From the IMG/VR virus record IMGVR_UViG_2778261696_000002, positions 1 through 6,643 of that record: a stretch of 6,643 nucleotides of DNA. The stretch is one strand, 5' to 3'. Position 1 is the first letter of the stretch. Each line of letters opens with the position of its first letter. Under the pieces are notes generated by a model that was given only the letters and a program-made list of their open reading frames with translations, made no database searches and was not told the origin of the DNA. Positions 1-6,643 of the stretch are shown one piece after another. Source of the DNA: a virus (lineage: Duplodnaviria; Heunggongvirae; Uroviricota; Caudoviricetes). The translations under genes and the position numbers were made by a program.

Positions 1-767
1 AGGTCAGCATCGGTGCCGGACTCCTGCAAATCCCAGAAGACGGAGGCGCTGATGCCGGTAACACCGTTTACCCCGACATTGGACAGCGTTTTATGCCAGC
101 CCTGCTCCTGGTCGATTTTAGCGCGCAGACCCAGCGCACGGGCGGTGGCATACGCGGTGGCGGTGGTACTGGTGACCGTATCCCATGCGAGGAAATCCGG
201 CCAGATGACCATCAGCTCACGCTGGCTGAAATTCTGGCGGTAGGCTTTCACCTCGGAAATAGTCTTACAGCCCCATGCGCTGATATATCCGAAAGCGCGC
301 AGCTTCTGACAGACGGATGCCAGTGCAACAGCCACCTCTTTGGTATCCAGTCCCGGCACACCGAGAATACGCGGTTTAACACCAGTTACCGACTCCGCCG
401 CCAGCAGGGCTTTCAGTCCGGTGTACTGACCGTTTTCGTCGGTGGTGCCGATGATATTGGAAACGGTCTGCGCAAGTTTCGTTTCCTCGTCTTCGCCGGT
501 GCCGTCTTCCACACGCACGACAACGGTGACCGGTTTTGACTGGTCAGCGATGGCCTGCAACGATGCTGCCAGCGTGCCTTTTTTACCGGCCTTTGCAATT
601 GCGCTCTGCACATTGGTAATCAGCACCGGTTTATTGAGGGGGAAGGTTTCCGCATCCGCATCGCTAGCCGTACAGACCATGCCGACAACGGCAGTGGATA
701 CGGTGGAAATGACGCGGGTGCCGTCGTTAATCTCCAGCACCTGCACGCCATGATGATAGTCACTCAT
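1..767 (-). CDS. FI: Tail sheath protein, N-terminal about 255 codons (3' end beyond window start)
   Basis: Hand translation of the minus strand from ATG at 767-765 gives MSDYHHGVQVLEINDGTRVISTVSTAVVGMVCTASDADAETFPLNKPVLITNVQSA with no stop down to position 1. This matches the P2 FI N-terminus from memory. GGAG Shine-Dalgarno (reverse complement of 775-778) lies 7 nt upstream of the ATG. Not in the ORF track because no stop is in the window. Confidence 0.9.
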   Translation of the reverse strand, partial: MSDYHHGVQVLEINDGTRVISTVSTAVVGMVCTASDADAETFPLNKPVLITNVQSAIAKAGKKGTLAASLQAIADQSKPVTVVVRVEDGTGEDEETKLAQTVSNIIGTTDENGQYTGLKALLAAESVTGVKPRILGVPGLDTKEVAVALASVCQKLRAFGYISAWGCKTISEVKAYRQNFSQRELMVIWPDFLAWDTVTSTTATAYATARALGLRAKIDQEQGWHKTLSNVGVNGVTGISASVFWDLQESGTDAD

Positions 768-789
768 CCGTTTAACTCCGTGGTTAATG

Positions 790-860
790 GGTGCAACTAT
801 TTTCTGTTGGGCAGTGCATGAGACGCTATTTGACCTGGCTGGTCAGTGGATGAAACAACA
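790..860 (-). promoter_or_regulatory. Candidate late promoter region for the FI operon (PF-like)
   Basis: About 90 bp non-coding between the upstream terminator hairpin and the FI ATG. On the minus strand there is an imperfect TGT-N12-cCA element (about 840-857) and an AAAATA -10-like hexamer (about 799-806) spaced roughly as in Ogr-activated P2 late promoters. Positional inference only; the dyad is imperfect. Confidence 0.25.
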
Positions 861-891
861 GATAAAGAAAAGGCGGGCAATTCGCCCGCCT
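861..891 (-). terminator. Rho-independent terminator candidate ending the J-I-H-G-cargo transcript
   Basis: Plus strand 871-891 aGGCGGGCaattcGCCCGCCt forms an 8-bp GC-rich stem with a 5-nt loop. On the minus strand it is followed immediately by TTTCTTTATC (reverse complement of 861-870). It sits between the cargo gene stop and the FI promoter region. Confidence 0.45.
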
Positions 892-1087
892 GTCCTGATT
901 TGTACTCACTCATTTTCCGACTGACAATTTACATAGCCCAAACGCTATCAATTCTGACAGTCTGCTTTGAGCGAGGAGCGGACGTTGACAACGGTTTATT
1001 CAGTTTATTGAATGAATACTATATCCATTTACCCAGTTCGACCTGACAAACAATGGCATTTTAAAAATTTATCACACAATGATTATT

Positions 1088-2299
1088 TTATATTTTCCTC
1101 AAGGTTGATGTGTTGATACCTTTTATCAATTCATAACGGGGAAAACCTACGGAACACTCATTTAATATGTTCGAATGAGTTGTTACGATGGTTTGAAATG
1201 AAGTCTCAATGGAATTCAATCTTTCAATGTATGGTTTAAAAGATTCCTTTGATAAAAAGGTTTCATTCATTTCTATAAAAAGTAGTGTCGGTGTGTATTT
1301 GGAACGCTCATTTAATGATGCGATTATAACATCCAATAGCACTCTAGTTTTTTCACTTCCAGATAAACACTCGAAAGGCAAATAAGAATCATTACCTTGT
1401 ATCATGCAATAGATATCATGAATATCTCGCTCTTTTTCATCTTCACTATCATCATCCTGTTCCAGCTCTTCCTGAGTAGCAAATCTGATTGATTTAAGTA
1501 TGCCTTTTTTGTTTCTGCATACATAATCAAAAAGACTCTCAAGTAGCACTGGCGATATATTTATGAACTCAGCAAAAAAGTTAGATGTTTTATTATATTT
1601 TTTCTTTGAGTAATTAAAATCAAAAAAATAGCATGCAAAAGGAAAAGGACTTGAGGTAATGTCAAGAGAATCAACTTTATAGGAAATCCTTCCGCTATTT
1701 ACACTCACTTCAATTAAGTGTGGCTCTGGCGTGTGCAAATAAATTTCAATATTGAGCTTTTCACAATTAACCCAGCGCTCAAGTCTATTTATTGCACTGA
1801 CACTTGATAACCACTCGCATATTGCTGTTTTCCCTGCGCCATTACTATCACTCTCAATAATTGTTATTTTTGCAAAGTCGATGCTTATTGAATCTTGAAA
1901 TAAAGGACTATCAACTATTGATAGTTTTGATATCCAATGTAATTTATTGACGATCCTTCCCTGGTGATGTTTAATGAATTCCTCATGATATTTTTTCCAA
2001 CTAATTAGTTGTGATGCGGTAAATCCTGCTCCATTATTTGTATCAACTAACCTTGCGTGTACCTTACATAGCCAAATTCCATTCTCAGGGCTTTTTAACT
2101 GTTCTTCTGTTAGCCCACCTTGCCCTCTGGGGCCATTTTTAGCTGCACTATAAATATGTGATGCCTCACCGATGCTGGATGTCTCATCCTCTTTTTCACC
2201 TGGGCCAATAGTTATTATTGAACATTGAGGATGGCTACATTGGTATCCTGCTCTCCCAGCAAGTACATTCTTTGTTCTTTCTGTGAATTCTACTCTCAT
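1088..2299 (-). CDS. Hypothetical fusion protein: N-terminal HNH-type nuclease domain plus C-terminal ABC-type (AAA_21/SMC-like) P-loop ATPase; candidate anti-phage defence protein
   Basis: Uninterrupted 403-codon ORF with AGGAG Shine-Dalgarno (reverse complement of 2304-2308) 4 nt before the ATG. HNH motifs: C21-x4-C26, E45-A-S-H48-I, N55-G-P-R, N73-G-I-W-L-C78-x2-H81. ATPase motifs: beta-strand ITIIES then P-loop S-N-G-A-G-K157-T, signature-like L312-S-G-S-E, Walker B-like T-L-L-F-I-E343, H-loop T-T-H375-S. Spot counts give about 30-35% GC against about 55% in the flanking phage genes. Function is inferred from motifs, not from a database hit. Confidence 0.8.
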   Translation of the reverse strand: MRVEFTERTKNVLAGRAGYQCSHPQCSIITIGPGEKEDETSSIGEASHIYSAAKNGPRGQGGLTEEQLKSPENGIWLCKVHARLVDTNNGAGFTASQLISWKKYHEEFIKHHQGRIVNKLHWISKLSIVDSPLFQDSISIDFAKITIIESDSNGAGKTAICEWLSSVSAINRLERWVNCEKLNIEIYLHTPEPHLIEVSVNSGRISYKVDSLDITSSPFPFACYFFDFNYSKKKYNKTSNFFAEFINISPVLLESLFDYVCRNKKGILKSIRFATQEELEQDDDSEDEKERDIHDIYCMIQGNDSYLPFECLSGSEKTRVLLDVIIASLNERSKYTPTLLFIEMNETFLSKESFKPYIERLNSIETSFQTIVTTHSNILNECSVGFPRYELIKGINTSTLRKI

Positions 2300-2335
2300 A
2301 AAGCTCCTATAAACCTAAACGTTAATCTCCAGAAC

Positions 2336-2363
2336 ATTTTATGTTCACCTAGCGATGATGCAA
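2336..2363 (-). promoter_or_regulatory. Candidate sigma70 promoter for the cargo gene
   Basis: Minus strand reads TTGCAT (reverse complement of 2358-2363), a 16-nt spacer, then TAAAAT (reverse complement of 2336-2341), about 30 nt upstream of the cargo ATG. Consensus-like by eye only; other AT-rich hexamers nearby are possible alternatives. Confidence 0.3.
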
Positions 2364-2569
2364 GCATGGGAAAACATAGTTTATTCAATTGAACCAACTT
2401 AAAGGTAACTTGCGCTGCATACAAGTATGCATCCTGTTAACAATTTTACAGGCCTCATATACCAGAATTCCTTGAATACGGCATCATTTTAGGTCGATTG
2501 CCGTATGCCGTGCTTCAGACTACCACCCCTCGCAACATCATCCAATATCATACTTGTTACGTCCGCTAT

Positions 2570-2611
2570 TGGCACAGAGCGGACTGTCAGATTAGGCTTT
2601 ACTCTGTGCCA
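2570..2611. repeat. Perfect 10-bp inverted repeat (TGGCACAGAG ... CTCTGTGCCA) with a 22-nt spacer, just downstream of the G stop
   Basis: Read directly: 2570-2579 tggcacagag and 2602-2611 ctctgtgcca are exact reverse complements. No T-tract follows on either strand, so it is not a canonical intrinsic terminator. It lies at the junction between the GC-rich G 3' end and the AT-rich cargo region. Confidence 0.6.
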
Positions 2612-2645
2612 TAGATATGTAAGCTCACACCAGAGTTCATATAAC

Positions 2646-3173
2646 TTATTGCGGCATTTCCGGCCATTCAGGATTTGCAGGATCCACACGGCTGACCAGA
2701 ACACTGTAGCGTTCCCATGCTTCCAGTCGGCTACGCTCCTCATCTGTTGCCATGTTCAGCCTGACAGCGCGCTCCAGTGGCAAAATCACGGATTCAGCAT
2801 CTGCAAGAAGTCTGGCTTTCCGGTTTTCTGCCTGCTGCTGCAATTCCTCTGCCGTATAAATGCGTTTAATCACTGTACCGTCCTTAAACATCCAGTTCCC
2901 TGAAATGTCCGCCCGTCGGTTAGCAGTAATATCCGCCACTTCAACAACACTTAATCCATCCGGTCTGATAGCTGTCACATCCTTTTCCACATAGCGGATG
3001 ATATTATCTTTGTCGTACGCTATTTTTAGCGTGTCATCAGCAAAATACTTTTGTTCTTCGTACCAGTTCTTACCATCTTCTGAAAAAAACCAGACAACAT
3101 CAAAGTCTTTTGTCAATTGATATTGTTCAACCGTTTTTGGATTACCCGCCGTAATATTTTTTAAATGCTGCAT
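2646..3173 (-). CDS. G: Tail fibre assembly protein (Tfa/chaperone)
   Basis: 175-aa ORF starting [22 protein letters not shown] and ending ...[41 protein letters not shown], matching the P2 gpG/Tfa family from memory. The ATG at 3173-3171 lies 3 nt after the H stop. Located directly downstream of the tail fibre gene. Confidence 0.9.
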   Translation of the reverse strand: MQHLKNITAGNPKTVEQYQLTKDFDVVWFFSEDGKNWYEEQKYFADDTLKIAYDKDNIIRYVEKDVTAIRPDGLSVVEVADITANRRADISGNWMFKDGTVIKRIYTAEELQQQAENRKARLLADAESVILPLERAVRLNMATDEERSRLEAWERYSVLVSRVDPANPEWPEMPQ

Positions 3174-3176
3174 AAA

Positions 3177-5306
3177 TTATACCTGCGCCACGTTATACCA
3201 TGTCCCGTTAATGTATTTCTGAACCGGTCTGTAATATACACCACCAATGTTATCGGCAGAGTTTGAGCCGGTATCCTGAACAATAATGCCGGAATATACA
3301 CACCCGGACGGTGCCTGATGTGTCCATGTCATGCCATTGTTCGCAGGTTTGTATGTGGCAGCACCACCAAGCCGGATATCCCGGACATAGCGGGAATCAA
3401 AGTTACCGTAATCCGAGGGATTAACACGCCCCGTAATATTTATGGTTTTATTACTTTGAATGCTACCGGAGACAAAGCGCATAACATGGACGTTATTAGC
3501 ATAAACATCCAGATTACCGTCGCCATTTTGTTTAAAGCCCGTGTCATTATCACCCAAAACAATCGAGTTACCGCCAAGAGCACTGGATGTACCGATGCCC
3601 AGTGCACCATTCAATTGACCTCCAGATAATGATAACGCCCCAACATCAGCAGCAGTCGGTTTAATGTGCGAACTGTAAATTACATATACAGTTCCATCTG
3701 TCAGGCCTGTTGGTTTATTCGCTGTATAAGTTGGTGATGTATGAATCGTTACGCTGGCGTTACTGGTATAATCCCACTGAATATTAACACCTGTGGCGTA
3801 ATTACCTATTTCAACATAAACATCATAGGTATCACCGGATGTATTCACCCATGCAAAATTAGTAAATCCAACCGAGGTCCGTCGCCATAACGCACCAGTA
3901 AGACCTTTTGGATTTCCATTTCCCGCACGAAGAACAAGTTCAGATATACCAGCCTGCATAGGGGAGTTAACATTATATCCGGCACCACCAATCAGACTTA
4001 TGTAAACCACGGAACTGGCCTGTGGCATGGTTACAGTTGCCAGCCTGAACCATCCTGTACCACCACTAAAAGACATGGTTGTTGAATTTGTTGCTCCAAT
4101 ATTGCGCAGGAATAATCTTTTATCAGGAATATCCGCGCCATTTTGATCTTTCTGAAGACGTTTTTCAGCATTGTCATAGGCAGACTTCACCGCTTTTGGT
4201 GTTGCGGCCAGCGTTTCCGAATCACTGTTGGTGGCGCTACTGAGCTGGACAAGACCTTTTCGCGCTGTGGTGGCGTCCTGTGCGGTATATTTCCCGTTAG
4301 CAAGGTCATACGCTGTCTTAACCGCCTTTGGCGTTGCAGCCAGCGTTTCAGAATCGCTGTTTGTGGCGCTACTGAGCTGGACAAGACCTTTTCGCGCTGT
4401 GGTGGCATCCTGTGCGGTATATTTCCCGTTAGCGAGGTCATATGCTGCCTTTACCGCCTTTGGCGTTGCCGCAAGCGTTTCAGAATCACTGTTGGTGGCG
4501 CTACTGAGCTGGACAAGACCTTTTCGCGCTGTGGTGGCATCCTGTGCAGTGTATTTCCCGTTAGCAAGGTCATATGCTGCTTTTACCGCTTTTGGTGTTG
4601 CGGCGAGCGTTTCAGACGTGCTGTTGGTGGCACTACTGAGCTGGACAAGACCTTTTCGCGCTGTGGTAGCGTCCTGTGCGGTATATTTCCCGTTAGCCAG
4701 GTCATATGCGGCCTTAACCGCTTTCGGCGTTGCAGCCAGTGTTTCAGACGTGCTGTTGGTCGCACTGCTTAACTGAGTAAAACCTTTTGCGGTCAGCGAG
4801 GCGTCCGGGTGACGTCGTGACTGTTCATGTTCTGCAATTTTGTCATCAACGTAATCCTGCGTCGCCATCACCGTTGTGGTGTCAATGGTCAGCTCCACTG
4901 AGGTCACACTGCTGACGATGATGACCATACGGCAGGTCTGCGAACGCCCTGAGCCTTCGGCAAGAGCTGGCTTATAACTTTCGGCCATGTTCGCCACGGC
5001 AATTAACGTTCCAGCATCATCGTACAGGCCAAGCTCACGCATCCAGAAACCGCCCACCTCCGGCGGAATAACCAGCTCTGCGATAATATAATTACTGTTT
5101 CGTTTGTCCTGGCTGATTTTGTTCAGCGCATGTCGCCAGACTTCGTGGATAAGCCCGGTCTGTCCGGCATCCGGGACAGGCAATTTACCACCGCCATCCC
5201 CGACGGCCATCGTGGTAATGTTGATCTTCCGCCCTCCCGGCGCGGTTGCCGCTGCCAGCTTTGCTGCACCGGCAGTGGTGATAACGGTTCTGAATTTTGT
5301 GCTCAT
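3177..5306 (-). CDS. H: Tail fibre protein with five tandem phage-tail-fibre repeats and a distal receptor-binding region
   Basis: 709-aa ORF. N-terminus MSTKFRTVITTAGAAKLAAATAPGG is typical of P2 gpH-type fibres. GAGGA ribosome-binding site precedes the ATG at 5306-5304. Contains repeated units TAQDATTARKGLVQLSSATNS(T/D)SETLAATPKAVKAAYDLANGKY. The C-terminal third is Gly/Asn/Thr-rich, as in fibre tips. Confidence 0.9.
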   Translation of the reverse strand: MSTKFRTVITTAGAAKLAAATAPGGRKINITTMAVGDGGGKLPVPDAGQTGLIHEVWRHALNKISQDKRNSNYIIAELVIPPEVGGFWMRELGLYDDAGTLIAVANMAESYKPALAEGSGRSQTCRMVIIVSSVTSVELTIDTTTVMATQDYVDDKIAEHEQSRRHPDASLTAKGFTQLSSATNSTSETLAATPKAVKAAYDLANGKYTAQDATTARKGLVQLSSATNSTSETLAATPKAVKAAYDLANGKYTAQDATTARKGLVQLSSATNSDSETLAATPKAVKAAYDLANGKYTAQDATTARKGLVQLSSATNSDSETLAATPKAVKTAYDLANGKYTAQDATTARKGLVQLSSATNSDSETLAATPKAVKSAYDNAEKRLQKDQNGADIPDKRLFLRNIGATNSTTMSFSGGTGWFRLATVTMPQASSVVYISLIGGAGYNVNSPMQAGISELVLRAGNGNPKGLTGALWRRTSVGFTNFAWVNTSGDTYDVYVEIGNYATGVNIQWDYTSNASVTIHTSPTYTANKPTGLTDGTVYVIYSSHIKPTAADVGALSLSGGQLNGALGIGTSSALGGNSIVLGDNDTGFKQNGDGNLDVYANNVHVMRFVSGSIQSNKTINITGRVNPSDYGNFDSRYVRDIRLGGAATYKPANNGMTWTHQAPSGCVYSGIIVQDTGSNSADNIGGVYYRPVQKYINGTWYNVAQV
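4176..4793 (-). repeat. In-frame tandem repeat, 132-bp period (44 aa), about 4.7 copies, inside gene H
   Basis: The string tgagctggacaagacc recurs at 4241, 4373 and 4505, and as tgagctggacaagacc again at 4637, exactly 132 bp apart. The fifth (N-proximal, 4765-4793) copy keeps the protein sequence but uses different codons. Only a few substitutions separate the units (for example T/D and A/T/S in the protein). Confidence 0.85.
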
Positions 5307-5316
5307 TATTCCTCAC

Positions 5317-5847
5317 TTATCCGGGGTAAACCGTAATTACATCGCCGTCGTAAGCCACACAACCGGCGAACAGGTAGCCGGGAATGTCCCGGGTAATGTT
5401 CAGGCCAATAAGGTGGCGGCTTGCAGGTTTGGCATCGGCAATCAGCCGTTCCATTTCCTGATACATTGCCTCCGTGATGCCGCTTTCCAGTACACCAATA
5501 TCAAGCCGGAAGGTGCCTGGCGGGTCACTGTTTTCCCACCACTCCGTCACGTTGATGAGATAGCCGAGCGGCTCCACCACACGCCGGATTGCGCCGATAG
5601 TGCCTTTATGACAGTGGATGAAATAGGCATCGCGAATAACGGCGCGTTTGGTCGCTTCCGGCCACTTTTCATCCCACCTGTCGACCGAAAACGCCCACGC
5701 CAGCCACGGCAGCAGATTTCCCGGGCAGGTGTCCGGGTTCCACAGTTCACGAATACTGACCGGCGTTTTTTCAATTTCCGCACAGGCTTTTGCGGCAGCA
5801 ATTTCAAGCGGTGATGAGCCGGTCGGCAGCAGGCGCGAATCACTCAT
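5317..5847 (-). CDS. I: Baseplate assembly protein
   Basis: 176-aa ORF MSDSRLLPTGSSPLEIAAAKACAEIEK..., the same length and N-terminus as P2 gpI from memory. Its ATG lies inside ATGAGTGA, overlapping the stop of J. Its stop is 10 nt before the H ATG. Confidence 0.9.
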   Translation of the reverse strand: MSDSRLLPTGSSPLEIAAAKACAEIEKTPVSIRELWNPDTCPGNLLPWLAWAFSVDRWDEKWPEATKRAVIRDAYFIHCHKGTIGAIRRVVEPLGYLINVTEWWENSDPPGTFRLDIGVLESGITEAMYQEMERLIADAKPASRHLIGLNITRDIPGYLFAGCVAYDGDVITVYPG

Positions 5848-6643
5848 CCGAGCCTCCGGTCACGACGCGGTATTCGGTACAGAAAGACGCCTGCGTACTG
5901 TTGAGCACAATGTCGGCCAGTGGTGCGGCCAGCTCGACACGCTGCACGCCTTCCACATGCAAAGCGGCATAAATGGCAGACAGACGGATGTCGCGCCCCA
6001 GCCGGTGCTGCGCCGTGATGTACGCTTCCAGTTTTTTCACGGCAGCAGCGCGGATGGGTTCGCTTTCGGGACCAGGGTAAAGGTAAAGCGTGGCGTTTAT
6101 CTGGTATTCAACAATGGCGGCAGACTGCACGGTCACGCGGTCGGCCACCGGCCTGACGTCCTCGCCATTAAGGGCGTTACGCACCACGGCCAGCAGGTCT
6201 TCGGATGCCACACCGTTATTTTCACGTGACAGCACAGAGATGGTGACGCAGGCCGGAGACAGACTGGTGACAGAAATATCCGCGACACGCCCGTCGGCAC
6301 TGCGACCATGATACTGATAGGCCCCCACCGACCCGGCGACGCTTAAACCTTCAAACGCCTGCTGAATACGCAGACGATAATCAGTATCAGATTCCATCAC
6401 TGCCGGTGTCGGCGGGATGGTCGAATCGTCTGCCGGGGTGATAATCAGGCGTGTGGTGTTGTAATTGGCACCAATCACATCAAGGTCATTACCGGCGGCA
6501 CAGGCCAGCATTACCGCCCGTGCTGCCTCATTCACACGCTGACGCCAGATAAGCTCACGATAAGCATTTTCCTCCAGCAGTTTGACGAGAGGCTCGGATT
6601 CCAGCGTCAGGGTACGGGCGACCGCCTCCTGCTGGTCTTCCGG
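5840..6643 (-). CDS. J: Baseplate assembly protein J, C-terminal 267 codons (5' end beyond window end)
   Basis: The reading frame is open from the window edge (6643) to the TGA at 5842-5840. The track starts it at an internal Met (6535), but the frame continues upstream. Sequence ...NEAARAVMLACAAGNDLDVIGANY... matches P2 gpJ from memory. P2 J is about 302 aa, so about 35 N-terminal codons are off-window. Confidence 0.88.
   Translation of the reverse strand, partial: PEDQQEAVARTLTLESEPLVKLLEENAYRELIWRQRVNEAARAVMLACAAGNDLDVIGANYNTTRLIITPADDSTIPPTPAVMESDTDYRLRIQQAFEGLSVAGSVGAYQYHGRSADGRVADISVTSLSPACVTISVLSRENNGVASEDLLAVVRNALNGEDVRPVADRVTVQSAAIVEYQINATLYLYPGPESEPIRAAAVKKLEAYITAQHRLGRDIRLSAIYAALHVEGVQRVELAAPLADIVLNSTQASFCTEYRVVTGGSDE

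Larger units (their letters stand above)
1..6643 (-). mobile_element. Segment of a P2-like prophage late/tail gene region (gene order J-I-H-G-cargo-FI, reverse-complemented relative to the usual P2 map)
   Basis: Gene order, sizes and protein N-termini match the P2 V-W-J-I-H-G / FI arrangement as I recall it (I 176 aa, G 175 aa, FI starting MSDYHHGVQVLEIN). Genes are tightly packed with overlapping or near-abutting start/stop codons. Ends of the element are not in the window. Confidence 0.85.

Noticed and set aside
13-753. Plus-strand ORFs 13..243, 93..539 and 442..753, and minus-strand ORF 413..613
   Set aside because: They overlap the hand-verified minus-strand FI reading frame. They are shadow or alternative-frame ORFs in GC-rich coding DNA, with no ribosome-binding sites or recognisable motifs.
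846-1046. Plus-strand 66-aa ORF in the cargo/FI intergenic region
   Set aside because: It runs antisense to every other gene, spans the terminator hairpin and the putative FI promoter, and has no Shine-Dalgarno sequence. Most likely a chance ORF.
2300-2645. Possible second small cargo gene (partner or antitoxin) upstream of the 403-aa ORF
   Set aside because: Hand translation of the minus strand gave only peptides of 13-20 codons without ribosome-binding sites. I cannot rule out a very small protein or an ncRNA, but nothing is supportable from sequence alone.
2489-2903. ORFs 2489..2743 (minus) and 2505..2903 (plus) overlapping the 3' end of G
   Set aside because: Both are out of frame or antisense to the well-supported G gene. 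The minus-strand one would need to start inside G. No independent support.
3318-3629. Plus-strand 103-aa ORF inside H
   Set aside because: It is antisense to the H reading frame, which is continuous and has a recognisable fibre-tip composition. No start signals.
4143-4776. Long plus-strand ORFs (209 and 182 aa) with internal repeats, plus minus-strand ORFs 4187..4441 and 4583..4765
   Set aside because: They are artefacts of the 132-bp tandem repeat inside gene H. The repeat unit happens to lack stop codons in other frames, so the periodicity propagates into every frame.
4176-4793. Possible CRISPR array suggested by regularly spaced repeats
   Set aside because: The repeats are 132 bp, directly adjacent with no unique spacers, and lie in frame inside a tail fibre gene. 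This is a coding tandem repeat, not a CRISPR array.
5104-6311. Plus-strand ORFs 5104..5814, 5130..5336, 5648..6229, 5790..5972 and 6090..6311, and minus-strand ORF 5547..5843
   Set aside because: They are antisense or alternative-frame ORFs over baseplate genes I and J, whose identity is supported by P2-like sequence, length and coupled junctions. Long chance ORFs are expected in roughly 58% GC DNA.

Overview
The window is a segment of the late (tail morphogenesis) region of a P2-like prophage from an enterobacterium, with every real gene on the minus strand. In transcription order (high to low coordinates) it carries baseplate gene J (5' end off-window), baseplate gene I, tail fibre gene H with an expanded 132-bp in-frame tandem repeat, tail-fibre assembly gene G, then an AT-rich cargo island (about 892-2645) holding one 403-aa ORF, then a hairpin terminator and the start of tail sheath gene FI (3' end off-window). 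FI is missing from the supplied ORF track because it has no in-window stop; I identified it by hand translation of the minus strand. The cargo ORF is the main finding: an N-terminal HNH-type nuclease motif set fused to a compact ABC-type P-loop ATPase, sitting at the G/FI junction where phage P2 carries its non-essential Z/fun gene. I propose it as a candidate single-gene anti-phage defence (a Septu-like ATPase plus HNH logic fused into one polypeptide). That is an inference from motifs and context; I could not run any homology search. All long plus-strand ORFs in the track are shadow frames of the minus-strand genes.
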